A stretch of 58,135 bases of DNA, from contig NC_068993.1 of the NCBI RefSeq assembly GCF_001194135.2, positions 38,456,375-38,514,509 of the forward strand. Direction: 5' to 3'. Below the pieces are notes generated by a model. The model had not been told where the DNA came from and made no database searches. It saw only the letters and a program-made list of their open reading frames with translations. Of this stretch, positions 25,206 through 36,330 are shown piece by piece (positions within the stretch are counted from its first letter, which is position 1; the number at the start of each line of letters is the position of its first letter). The stretch is from Octopus bimaculoides (Eukaryota). The position numbers and the translations under genes were made by a program.

Positions 25206-26058
25206 GTAATAATAATAATCATAATAATAATAACCCTTTCTACTATGGGCACATTATTAAGGTGGTGAGCTGGGAGAATCATTGGTATGCTGGTAAAACT
25301 GGTTAGTGGCATTTTGTCCATCTTTACCTTACACAAGATTTTGAGGTTCTTGCTTGTGAATTAGTGTGGATTGTCAGAGGTTCTGGGTCCTTAGTATCCA
25401 GAAAGTCAGGCTTGTGCCTGTCTGTATCTTGTTTGAATCAGGAAGGAAGTCTTTATATAGATGCTCAACCTGTTAGAAATAGCAGCCAAATCTTCCTCAA
25501 ATCCCATTGACTAGACTTAAAGAAAGAGGAGTATGTTGGACTGTGTAGTTCTAGTTGGTCATAACTGGAATGGCATTTCTGTGATCATAGGTCTGTCTGC
25601 TGGATCAGGACTGACCTGAGGTTAAACAACAACAGCAACAATTTAACAGCATCAACATCTCTACAACAACAACAACAACATTAGCAAGAACAATGAGGAT
25701 AAAAGCAACAATAACAACTACTAAGTTATGATGACGAGTGTTCCAATTGACTGACCTGATTAATAGAACAGCCAGCTTGTGAAATTAAAATGCAAGTGGC
25801 TGAGTACTCCATGGGTACATGTGCCCTTCGTGTAGTTCTCAGGGAAATTCAGTGCGATTCAGAACCTTTGAAATACAGGTACACATAATTTTTTTTTTTT
25901 TGCCACCTGACTGGACTGGAGTAACAAGAAATAAAGTGTCTTGCTCAAGGACAAGGTGTGCCACCAGGAATTGAACTCATGACTTTACGATGAGGAGCTA
26001 AATACCCTAACCATTGAACCACATGGATTCAGCAATAAAAATAACAACAGCAATAATA

Positions 26059-26270
26059 TTTTCTACTATAAGTATAAGGCCTGAAATTGTGGGAGAGGGG
26101 ATTAGACAATTACATTGACCCCAGTGTTTCACTGGTACTTAAGTTATTGACCCTGAATGGCTGAAAGGCAAAGTTGACCTCAGTGGGATTTGAACCCAGA
26201 ACGTAGAGACAGGTGAAATGCCACTAAGAATTCTTCCTGGCATGCTAATGATTCTGCCAGCTCCCCACCT
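26059..26270 (-). mobile_element. tRNA-derived SINE (family A variant)
   Basis: ACTGGTACTTAAG...GAAAGGCAAAGTTGACCTCAG...ATTTGAACCCAGAACG...GATTCTGCCAGCTCCCC. Confidence 0.75.
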
Positions 26271-26624
26271 TAACAACAACAGCAACAACAATTGTTCTCA
26301 TTGCTTTCACTTTCACTATTACATGTCCCGAAATTTCCTTTTTGCAATCATTTCCCCATTCAGGGGTTAAATTTGCATTTCCCCTTTCAGGTAGGTCTGG
26401 GGACAGTAAAAAAAAAAAAGAAATCAAGGACCAGGTAATCTAATTTATTATAACCCTCCATTCTAAAGAGAAATCAGTACTTTTTCAGAAAAGGTAGGTG
26501 GTGGTCATGGTGGAGAGATGTTAAGCTTATAATATTCACGGGAACTTTCATCTTGATAGAATCAATTGTGAGATTGATGTCTTCATTGAATGCCTTTAGA
26601 TTAATTAATTGATTAGTTATCTTC

Positions 26625-26862
26625 TTGAGTCAAACCGACTCAAAAGGGCTGGTTTCCCAGTTTCTATGGCATTTATATTCCCCACCTGGATGGGATGCCA
26701 GTCCATTGCAGGGTTACTCATTTTTGCCAAGTGGATGGACTGGTGGAATGTGAAATGAAGTGTTTTGCTCAAGAACACAATGTGTTATCTGGGTCAGGAA
26801 TCAAAACCACAGTCTTATGGTCATGAGTCCAACACCCAAACCCCTAAGCCATGCATCTCCAC
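26625..26862 (-). mobile_element. tRNA-derived SINE (family C variant) between 63-bp direct repeats
   Basis: The minus strand reads GGTGGAGATGCATGGCTTAGGGG...GGTTTTGATTCC...CTTGAGCAAAACAC...CCTGCAATGGACTGGCATCCCATCCAGG. Confidence 0.7.
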
Positions 26863-27709
26863 CATCTTGGTAGAATCAATTGGTGAGATTGATGTCTTTG
26901 CTGAACTTCTTTAGATTAGTTACTGAGTGGAGTCTAAAGCAATTGTAAATGAAGATCCTTGCTCAAGGACACTATGCATTTCCTTGCTTGAGAATTGAAC
27001 CTGCAATCAAACCATCATGAGTGCAACACTCATATCTCTACACCACACACTTCTCATATCTGTAATTAACTGGTGTTAAGCCGACTAACTATAAAATCTT
27101 CTGATATAAAATCTATCACTCTATTGAATCAAAGAAAATCTATATTTTCAATTATTTTTGTTTCAGAAATTTCTTTGTTTAAGTGTAGGGGGCGTGGGGA
27201 GTTTGGTTGAGCAGAAGGCGAATGGGGGTCAGCTTAGATAATTGCAGATAATAGGGGTTAGTAGTTACGATAGCTAGGGTCCCTGCTAAACCTTCCCCCT
27301 TATCTATCAATTTGATTGTTCCTAGCAGCACCAGTCTTCTCTCTTACCTCCCTCCCTTCCTGCTTTCCTTTTCTCTCCTTTACGTTTCCCCTTCGCAATT
27401 CTCCTTTCACGCCCTTTCATTTCTTCTTCTTCTTCTTCGTCTTCTAACTCTTCCATGCTGTACTGTATATACCCTTCATACACCCACACACACCTCATCT
27501 ATGATGGCTTCCTACTTGCGTCATCCCTTTCTCTCTGTCCTTCATCTTCTGTAACACTATCTTTCTCTCTCTCTCTCTTACTCTCACCGCCCCCTCTTTC
27601 TGTGTATACAAATATGAATATCATACATAACATGCACACACACACACACACAATATATACATAAATATACTTATACATGCATATGTATATTATACATATA
27701 GAAGCATGT

Positions 27710-27765
<56 letters not shown>

Positions 27766-27811
27766 GTATAAAGAGTGAGGGAGAGAGAGAGAAAGAGAGA
27801 TGTATATATGC

Positions 27812-27858
<47 letters not shown>

Positions 27859-28435
27859 TGTTGATGATTGTTTGATTGTATCTGTATCATATATCTATCT
27901 ATCTATCTATATATCTATCTATCTTTCTATCTAACTATCCATCTATCTATTTGTCTATCTTATCTATCTATCTATCTATCTATATCTATCTATCTATCCC
28001 TCTATTTATCTATCCCTCTATCTATCTATCCATCTATTTATCTGTCTGTCTGTCTGTCTGTCTCTCTATCTTTATCCAAATCATCCATTCCCNNNNNNNN
28101 NNCCCCACCACAATCAATATTCCATTGTCATTCAATAACACACCAATTGTTCACACTACTATTCAATTGACTTAGACCATTCCTTGTCCTTCTTTCACTC
28201 TTTTTTTTTCTCCTTCTTCTTCTTCTTCTTCTTCTTCTTCTTCTCCTGTCCCTTTCCCCCCCTCACCCCTCTCTATCTCCCCCATTCCCTGCTCTCCCAG
28301 CTCCTGCTCTTCTTTTTCTTCTTCTTCCTCTCCTTCTTTCACTATTTCATTTGATTTCAATCTTATCTCAATGTGGCTTGTTGCTTCTATTGTTCAAATA
28401 TACAATCTCTGCTTAGCTGATTGTTGTGGTCACCA

Positions 28436-28478
<43 letters not shown>

Positions 28479-28989
28479 TGTTGTTGTCATGCTTTTCCTT
28501 GTTGTTATTGTTGTTGTAATGTTGATGTAGTTATTACTGTAATTGTCATTGTTATTGTTGTGGTTGTTTCTGTAGTTGTTATTATAGTTTCAGAGTCATT
28601 ATTATTGTAGTAGCTACTGTAACCTGTTGTGTTGCTGCTGTTGTTGTTGTTGTTGCTGCAGCTATCATGTTATTATTGTTGCTTTTGTTATTGTTATTTT
28701 TGCAATTGCTCCTGCTGTTATTCTTGTAGTTGTTTTCCTTCTAGCTGCTACTACTACTACTGCTTCTGTACATGGTGATCACAGCCATTTTGTCTTATTA
28801 TTATTATTATTGTTGTTGTTGTAGTTTAGCCCTAGGTCAGCTCTGATAAAACAGAGCTGATAAGAACAAGCCACAATCATTCCATCCATTATTTCCAAAC
28901 AAGTGCAAATCATTTCTACATCATTCCTGCATCTCTTTGACATCATTACCACATCCTTACAACATCACTGTGGCACCATTACTACATCA

Positions 28990-29880
28990 TTACAACAACA
29001 TTGTCACACATGATTCTTTCAGGGTTGAAATATTAGCACCAGTTGGACCCTGGAGTCAATGTAATCATCTTAGACCCTCCCCTAAATTTGCAGGCCTTGT
29101 GCCTAAATATGAAACCAATATTTCTAGTGATGAGCTGGAAGAATTGATAACATGCAGGGCAAAATGCTCAGTGACTTTTTGTCAGTCTTTATGTTCTGAG
29201 TTAAAATTCCATTGAGGTCGTTTTTACCTTTCATCCTTTTGAGGTTTGATAAGATAAATACCAGTCGCATACTGGGTTGACTTAATTGAACTAACCCCCC
29301 CTCCCTTGAAATTTCTGGTCTTGTGCCAAAATTTAAAATCAATATTTCTAGCATGTCTTTCAACTTCATGTTCTGAGTTCCAATTCCACCAGGATCAACT
29401 TTGCCTGTCTTCCTCTTTCAGGGTTGATAAAATAAGTACCAGCTGAGTACTGTGTGTGTGTGTGTGTGGGGGGGGGTGTAATTGATTAGTCCCCCTCCCC
29501 CAAAATTGCTGGCCTTGTGCCCAGAGACTTCACCTTGCAACTTCATGCTTGTAACTAAATGGACCACCCTAAAGACACCCAAGGGTCAACTTGTGGTGTT
29601 GAACTTGGCAACAGATTAAATAGGGGCAGGGACTAGTCCATATTACTCCCTAAGAAGCATAGGGTTCGTTTTCCAGTTTTTCTGGTGTATATATTCTTCC
29701 CTGGATGGGATACTGGTCCATCATAGGATAACTCGTTTGTACCAGTTGAACAGATTGGAGCAGTGTGAACTGAAGTGTTTTGGTGAATAACACAATGCAT
29801 TGCCCAGTTCAGGAATCGAAACCACAGTCTTACGATCATGAATCCTACACCCTAACCACTAAGCCATGCACCTCCTCACA
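28990..29880. mobile_element. Cluster of decayed family-A (+) and family-C (-) SINE fragments
   Basis: TTCTGAGTT(A/C)AA(A)TTCCA...CCTTT...GATAA(A/G)ATAA(G/A)TACCAG motifs recur at about 29190-29270 and 29370-29445. A tRNA-like head lies on the minus strand at about 29800-29880. Confidence 0.65.
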
Positions 29881-30290
29881 TTATATGTATTGCTCAAAAT
29901 GATGGTTACAGTAAGACTACCTTTGAAGATAGGCTGACCTGAGGTTAAACTATAACACACTATTTTCTGGTATACAAATCAAGTCAAATTTTTCAGGCTA
30001 AAATTTACTGTCAATAGCAAGTAGGTCAACTTACACACCATGACAACTTTAGAGGACCAAAAATTGCATGTGAATTGCAGCAAGATTTGGGGAAGTAGTG
30101 ATGAGGTTTGAGTGTTTGCTCTCTATTCTATGTTGACTTGTATGCAGGAAAATTCAATGAGAGAGTAGCAGTAACAAAAAATAATTTGAACAACCCTTCA
30201 AGCTGTTTTCATTCTGTGTTTAATGTGGGGCTCTATGCAAGATATCTGTAACATGTCGAGACTTAATCATGTTAATCATTTTAACAGCAT

Positions 30291-30670
30291 GGAGGCGCAA
30301 TGGCCCAGTGGTTAGGGCAGTGGCTCACAGTCATAGGATCACGGTTTCGATTCCCAGACCGGGCGTTGTGAATATTTATTGAGCGAAAACACCTAAAGCT
30401 CCACGAGGCTCCGGCAGGGAATGGTGACGAACCCTGCTGTACTCTTTCACCACAACTTTCTCTCACTCTTACTTCCTGTTTCTGTTGTGCCTGTAATTCA
30501 AAGGGTCAGCCTTGTCACACTGTGTAATGCTGAATATCCCCGAGAACTATGTTAAGGGTACACGTGTCTGTGGAGTGCTCTGCCACTTGCACGTTAATTT
30601 CACAAGCAGGCTGTTCTGCTGATTGGATCAACTGAACCCTCAACGTCGTAAGCGATGGAGTGCCAACAAC
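30291..30670 (+). mobile_element. tRNA-derived SINE (family D), full length, with 11-bp TSD
   Basis: The head is GGAGGCGCAATGGCCCAGTGGTTAGGGC (A box) ... GGTTTCGATTCCC (B box). The direct repeat AATCATTTTAA lies at 30274-30284 and 30684-30694. Confidence 0.85.
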
Positions 30671-30694
30671 ATAAAACAACAAAAATCATTTTAA

Positions 30695-30906
30695 CCTTTT
30701 AGCATTTAAACCGGCCATATCAGGCCCAAACCTGATTTATGTTCAAACTGGCCAGATCTGGCTTGACACACCTATCCTACAATATCATTTTTAAAATAAA
30801 CAATCACACCATCGAAATTTTAAAGCTACATGGTCATGCATGATTAATTAAAAACAATCTGATTATATAAGCATCACATTTGACAAGAAATATAAATGCT
30901 AAATGG
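30695..30906. mobile_element. piggyBac-type MITE (212 bp)
   Basis: TTAA at 30691-30694 and 30907-30910. The termini CCTTTTAGCATTTA and TAAATGCTAAATGG are inverted repeats with 1 mismatch. Confidence 0.75.
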
Positions 30907-31039
30907 TTAAAGATGGTAGGGACTTTTTCCTTCAGCGATTGACAGATTGTGTGACGCTTGTGTATATAGCGTAATGGTGAATAATGGTAAACCAAGGTTA
31001 TTAAATGCAAAGGATTTGAGGAAGAATGGACAGGAATGG

Positions 31040-31106
<67 letters not shown>

Positions 31107-31107
31107 C

Positions 31108-31146
<39 letters not shown>

Positions 31147-31199
31147 GAGAAAAGCTGTGGCTTAGAGAAATTGTATGGAACAAGGAAGGAGACTATTAA

Positions 31200-31720
31200 T
31201 AAAAATATTAATAAAGATGTGTAAGGATGCTAGCTGTTGGATAGTGAAATGCTCAGACCCAATTGGGAGGAACTTGTTTGGAAGGAGAAAGCTGAAGAAG
31301 ACACGGGAAAAAGTGGTGAAAGCTGATCTCTGGAAGCTGAACCTCATGAAAGAGATGACAAAGAATAACATATGGCTTGGTGTTGTGGAAGAGGAAACCA
31401 TCTAAAGAATGCAAGCGTTGAAATCGTTGGAATAGTATCCAGCTGTAGAAACCATTCTAAAGCAGACATTGGTTTTCATTAAAATCTTCTGGCTCATTGG
31501 CAACTGTTGAATCATCCAGCCCCTGTCAGCATAGAAGATGGACCGATGCAGTCACTGAGTGGTATCCAAGAGATCAGAAAAGGCCACTTGGAAGGCCACT
31601 ACAACAGTGGCAAAGTGATTTAGTTAAGCTATTTGGGACAAGATGGGGAAAGAATGGCGCAATCAAGAAAGAATTGGAAGTGTATCATGATCAGTGATGT
31701 ATAACAGTACCTGATAGTCT
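31200..31720 (+). mobile_element. Two adjacent RTE-clade C-terminal fragments from different subfamilies
   Basis: 31200-31405 gives [11 protein letters not shown]...GRRKLKKTREKVVKADLWKLNLMKEMTKNNIW. 31530-31690 gives RWTDAVTEWYPRDQKRPLGRPLQQWQSDLVKLFGTRW, with the RPxGRPxxxW motif typical of RTE ends. Confidence 0.7.
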
Positions 31721-31739
31721 GGTTGATACAGTGATATCC

Positions 31740-32160
31740 TCATCATCATTTAACGTCCACCTTCCATGCTGGCATGGTTTGGATGGTTTGGTAGGAGCTG
31801 GCTAAGCAGAGAACTGCACCATGCTTCGCTGTCCGTTTTGGCATGGTTTTTATGGTTGAATGCCCTTCCTAAGACCAACCATTCTACAGAGTGGAATGAG
31901 TGCTTTCTACATGGCACCAGCACAGGTGAGGTCAGTTTTGGCAAGATTTTTTTTTTACAGCTGAATGCCCTTCTGAACACCAACCATTTTACAGTGTGGA
32001 CTGAGTGCTTTTATGGGGCATCAACGCATGGCAGGGTTACCAAGTAACTTGCAAGACAGGGATCCTTTGACAGGGAATGTGTTATTGGACAAGGGGATCT
32101 TGTGCCAGATGATGAAAGGTAAGAGTATGACAGAGAGACAGAAACAGGTGTCTTGTTTGA
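31740..32160 (-). mobile_element. RTE-type 3' tail element with (GAT)n end
   Basis: CATCATCATTTAACGTCCACCTTCCATGCTGGCATGG...ATGCCCTTCCTAAGACCAACC on the + strand. Confidence 0.7.
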
Positions 32161-32175
32161 AAATATAAATGAGTA

Positions 32176-32587
32176 ACAGTAGAGGAACAGGTTTCAATCT
32201 GTTATGGCTGTTTCTAACGACTCCTTTAATTGATTAACGAAAACATTGCATTATTGTAAAGAAACCGTTTTCATCAGATGAATTCATGAACTTCAAAATA
32301 AAGTTCATTGAGAATGCTTTAACATATTTAAAAATCCATGGAGCAAAAACATTTACAGTGATTCTGCAACTGAAATAGTTGTAGAACCACTGTAAATACT
32401 TTTGCTCCATGGATTTTAAACCATGTTAGATCATTCTCAAAGTCCTTTATTTTGAAGTTCATGAATTCATCTGACGGTTTCATGAATTCATGTGATGGTT
32501 TCTTTACAATGATGCAATGTATTCATTAATCAGTTAAAGAAGTCGTTAGAAACAGCCATAACAGAGTGAAACCTGTTCCACTACTGT
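32176..32587. mobile_element. Foldback element / MITE, almost entirely palindromic
   Basis: The arm at 32169-32371 is the reverse complement of 32377-32594 around a 5-nt loop (GAAAT). TA lies at 32174-75 and 32588-89, outside the ACAGTAG/CTACTGT termini. Confidence 0.85.
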
Positions 32588-32591
32588 TATT

Positions 32592-32820
32592 CATCATCAT
32601 CATCATCATCATCATTTAACGTCCGGTTTCCATGCTAGCATGGGTTGGACGATTTGACTGGGGACTGGTGAACCAGATGGCTACACCATACTTCAATCTG
32701 ATCTAGCAGAGTTTCTACAGCTGGATGCCCTTCCAAATGCCAACCACTCTGAGAGTGTAGTGGGTGCTTTTTACGTGCCACCAGCATGAGGGCCAGTCCG
32801 GCGGTACTGGCAACAGCTCA
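32592..32820 (-). mobile_element. RTE-type 3' tail fragment
   Basis: (CAT)n-TTAACGTCCGGTTTCCATGCTAGCATGGGTTGGACG...GTTTCTACAGCTGGATGCCCTTCC. Further copies lie at 33060-33160 (+), 39320-39440 (-), 49760-49980 (+) and 50720-50800 (-). Confidence 0.85.
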
Positions 32821-32914
32821 TTTATATATATATANNNNNNNNNNNNNNNNNNNNNNNNNNNNNNNNNNNNNNNNNNNNNNNNNNNNNNNNNNNNNNNNNN
32901 NNNNNNNNNNNNNN

Positions 32915-32957
<43 letters not shown>

Positions 32958-34339
32958 ATTCATTTTTGTATCTGGTTGGCAAGATTAATAAATGAGTGGG
33001 AATCAAACCTGTGAGTGTGTTAGATAATAAGGCATTAAGACAATATGACTCTCTTCAGACTGTGAAACCTGGTGTGACCCCTGTCCTTGCCAGCCCCTGT
33101 CAAACAGTCCAACCCATGCTAGCATAGAAAATGGACATTAAATAATGATGATGATGGTGATACGTATATACAAACATGTACATATGCACACACACACATG
33201 CATAAGCACATATACACATTATGTATATGCAGGTTTGTGTGTGTACATAAGCATGTATGTGTGTGGGGGGGGGGCTGTGTTAATATTTGCTATTACGATG
33301 TGTTGATAATGTAAATATATTCATCGAATCCCATATCTGTTGTGTAGACATTGTTGGATGAGACAATTAAGGAACCTTATGTGACAGGCTAGAAATAGCA
33401 TTAAAACAGCCCTCGCATTCTACAATACTGTCTTAGAAAAGGAAGACATGTTGGAGAATGTTCTAGATGAGATGGTCACTGTTGGAACAAGTCTGGTCAA
33501 AGGATTTCTAAATCAAGTCTGTGACATGGCTAAACAACAACAGCAACAACAACAACAACAACAGCAGCAGCAGCAATGACAACAACAACCATAGCAGCTT
33601 AAGATCAGATAAATCAATGAGAGGACCGCTATGTGGCCAGCTGATCTGCTAGGAATAGCACTCCCCAAGAAAATCTCACTCAAATTACACCGAACTGACT
33701 TAAAAATACANNNNNNNNNNNNNNNNNNNNNNNNNNNNNNNNNNNNNNNNNNNNNNNNNNNNNNNNNNNNNNNNNNNNNNNNNNNNNNNNNNNNNNNNNN
33801 NNNNNNGCACTCCCCAAGAAAATCTCACTCAAATTACACCGAACTGACTTAAAAATACAAACAGACACATGGGACAATGTATTCCAAGATATACAATTCC
33901 AGAGAGAAGAAGGACGATGTGGTAATGACTGGAACAACTTTGATCAATGGTCTTCTCAGTTGGGGACCAGCCTAGGGTTAAACAGCATCATACACAGTAT
34001 TAGATGAATGTAGTTACAATCTTCACAGGAGTGTAGAAATCATTATTCATTATTAGAAACAGTTTTTGCTGTTGTTGTTGCGGCTGTTGCTGTTTAACCC
34101 CGGGCTAATACTAAGCAAACTGTCCTATGATCCAGGGTATTCCAGCTATGACCACCCTGTCTCACACCTATGTGTAGAGAACCCAAAGCTGTATTATGTA
34201 TACAACATGTTGTTTTCTGAGACAGTCAGGGTGTGAAGATGTGCATATGCTCTCACAAGGTGCAGTGAAGGCGCCAAGAATTGGCCTGCAGTTGCAGTTG
34301 CAGATACTGCATGCGATTAAAAATGGCAGCTTATATGTG

Positions 34340-35945
34340 TAAGTATGTGATGGATTAGTGTGTGCATTTCTGTATAAGTGAAAGTGTGTGTGTGTGAGCA
34401 TGTGTGTGTGTGTGTGTGTGCATATTAGTGTGTATCTGTCTAAGTGTGTGATAGTGTGTGTATGTTTATGTGTTCTGTGTATATGTATTTGTACGCATGT
34501 GTGTCTGTGTGCAACTGTGTGTGTGTGTGTGTGTATGTGTGTTTGTATCTGTTTGTCTCTGTATGTGTATTTGCATGCATGTGTGTTTGTGTCTGCATGT
34601 ACAAGCGTGTTTGTGTGTGTGTGTATGTATACGTGTGTGTGTGTGTGTGCATGTGTGTACTCATGTATCTGTCTGTGTATGTGACTATGTGCATATGGTG
34701 TGTGTTTCTATGTGTATCTGTTTGTATGCGCATATATGTACTTGTGTGTCTGTTTCTGTGTATGTTTGTGCGTGTGTGTGTGTGTGTGTGTGAACGTTTA
34801 TATACTTGTGAGTCTGAATGTGTGTATGTATACTCATATGTGTGTGTGTGTGTGTATGCATGTGTTTATGTATGCACATATGGGTGTGTGTGTGTATGTG
34901 TGTGTCTGTGTGTGTATGTGGTTTAATCAATATGGAAAAGGCTAGTGCTGGTTAAATGGGCTCAATACGGATTTTTTGATTGACACCACAAAAGATGAGA
35001 AGGAAGGAGAGAGAGAGATAGAGAGAGAGAGAGAGACGGAGAGAGAGAAAGAGAGAGAGAGAGAGAGATAATAACAGAAATGAAGAAACAGAAAGGGAAA
35101 AGAAAGATAGGTAGAGAGAAAGGAAGAGAGAAGTGAAAAGATAAAAGGAGAGAGATGTGGAGAAAGGAAGTGATAGAGAAATGGGGAGGTAGAGAGAGAG
35201 ATAGAGAGAGAGAGAGAAGTAGAAAGGTAGCAAAAAGGAGAGGTAGACAGATCATGATGTAGGGAGAGAAGGGAACACATACTGAGGTAATGAGAGATAG
35301 GAAGAGAGAGAGAGAGAGGGAGAGCAAAAGAGAAAGAGAGAGATGTAGAGGGGCAAAGATAGAAAGAGAATTGGAGAGATGTATAGAAATTGTGAGAGAC
35401 ATAAAGAGAGAGAGATGTAATGAGGCAAAAAGAGATATATAGAGACAGGTGAAGAGAAAGAGAGAGTGAAAGAAGAATAGAGATTTCTTGATGTAGACAA
35501 TGAGAAAGAGAGATGTTGAGGAGTAAATATATATATATATATAGAGAGAGAAGTGTACAGGTGATAGGAAAGAGAGACTGAAATGCAAAGAAATAGAGAC
35601 AGAGATGGAGAGAGATGGAGGAAGAGAGATAGAAGAAAAGTGGAGAGATAATATGGTGGAGAGAGAAGAGGAAAGAGAGAGAGAGAGAGCAAGGAAAGGA
35701 GAGGAAGAAGAAGGGAGAGAGAGATTGAGAAGGAGGGAAAGAGAGTGAGAGAGAAAGAAAGAGAAGGGAAAGGGTAAGGGAGAGAGAGGGAAGGCGAAAG
35801 AGAGAGAGAGAGAGGAAGAAGGCTAAGTGAGATAGAGATAGATAAATAAATAGTCAGAGAGAGAGAAAGAAAGCGAGAGAAGGAAACAGGGTAAGAAGAA
35901 GAGAGAGGGAAGGGGAGAGAGAGGAAGAGAGGAAAAGAAAAAGAC

Positions 35946-35984
<39 letters not shown>

Positions 35985-36177
35985 CAGAAAGGTAGACAGA
36001 CAGAAAGTTAGACAGACAGATAGATAGATAGACAGAAAGGTAGACAGACAGAAAGGTAGACAGACAGAAAGTTAGACAGACAGATAGATAGATAGACAGA
36101 AAGGTAGACAGACAGAAAGTTAGACAGACAGATAGATAGATAGACAGAAAGGTAGACAGACAGAAAGTTAGACAGAC

Positions 36178-36208
<31 letters not shown>

Positions 36209-36330
36209 CAGAAAGGTAGACAGACAGATAGATAGACAGAAAGTTAGACAGACAGATAGATAGATAGATGGTTAGATAGATAGATAGACAGAAAGGTGGA
36301 TAGATAGATAGATAGAGAGATAGACAGGTA
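34340..36330. repeat. Consecutive degenerate (TG)n, about 950-bp GA-rich purine tract and (GATA/GACA)n higher-order array
   Basis: Visible directly: (TG)n at 34340-34925, polypurine at 34990-35940, and GACAGAAAG(G/T)TAGACA-type units at 35945-36330. Confidence 0.95.

Noticed and set aside
31291-31315. CTGAAGA...GAAA as another hammerhead
   Set aside because: There is no stem II, stem III or NUH, and it lies inside the RTE coding remnant.
33658-33860. Identical 53-bp sequence on both sides of an N gap (similar cases at 54730-54795 and 28093)
   Set aside because: Most likely unmerged contig overlap across a gap. It cannot be distinguished from a real tandem repeat without reads.
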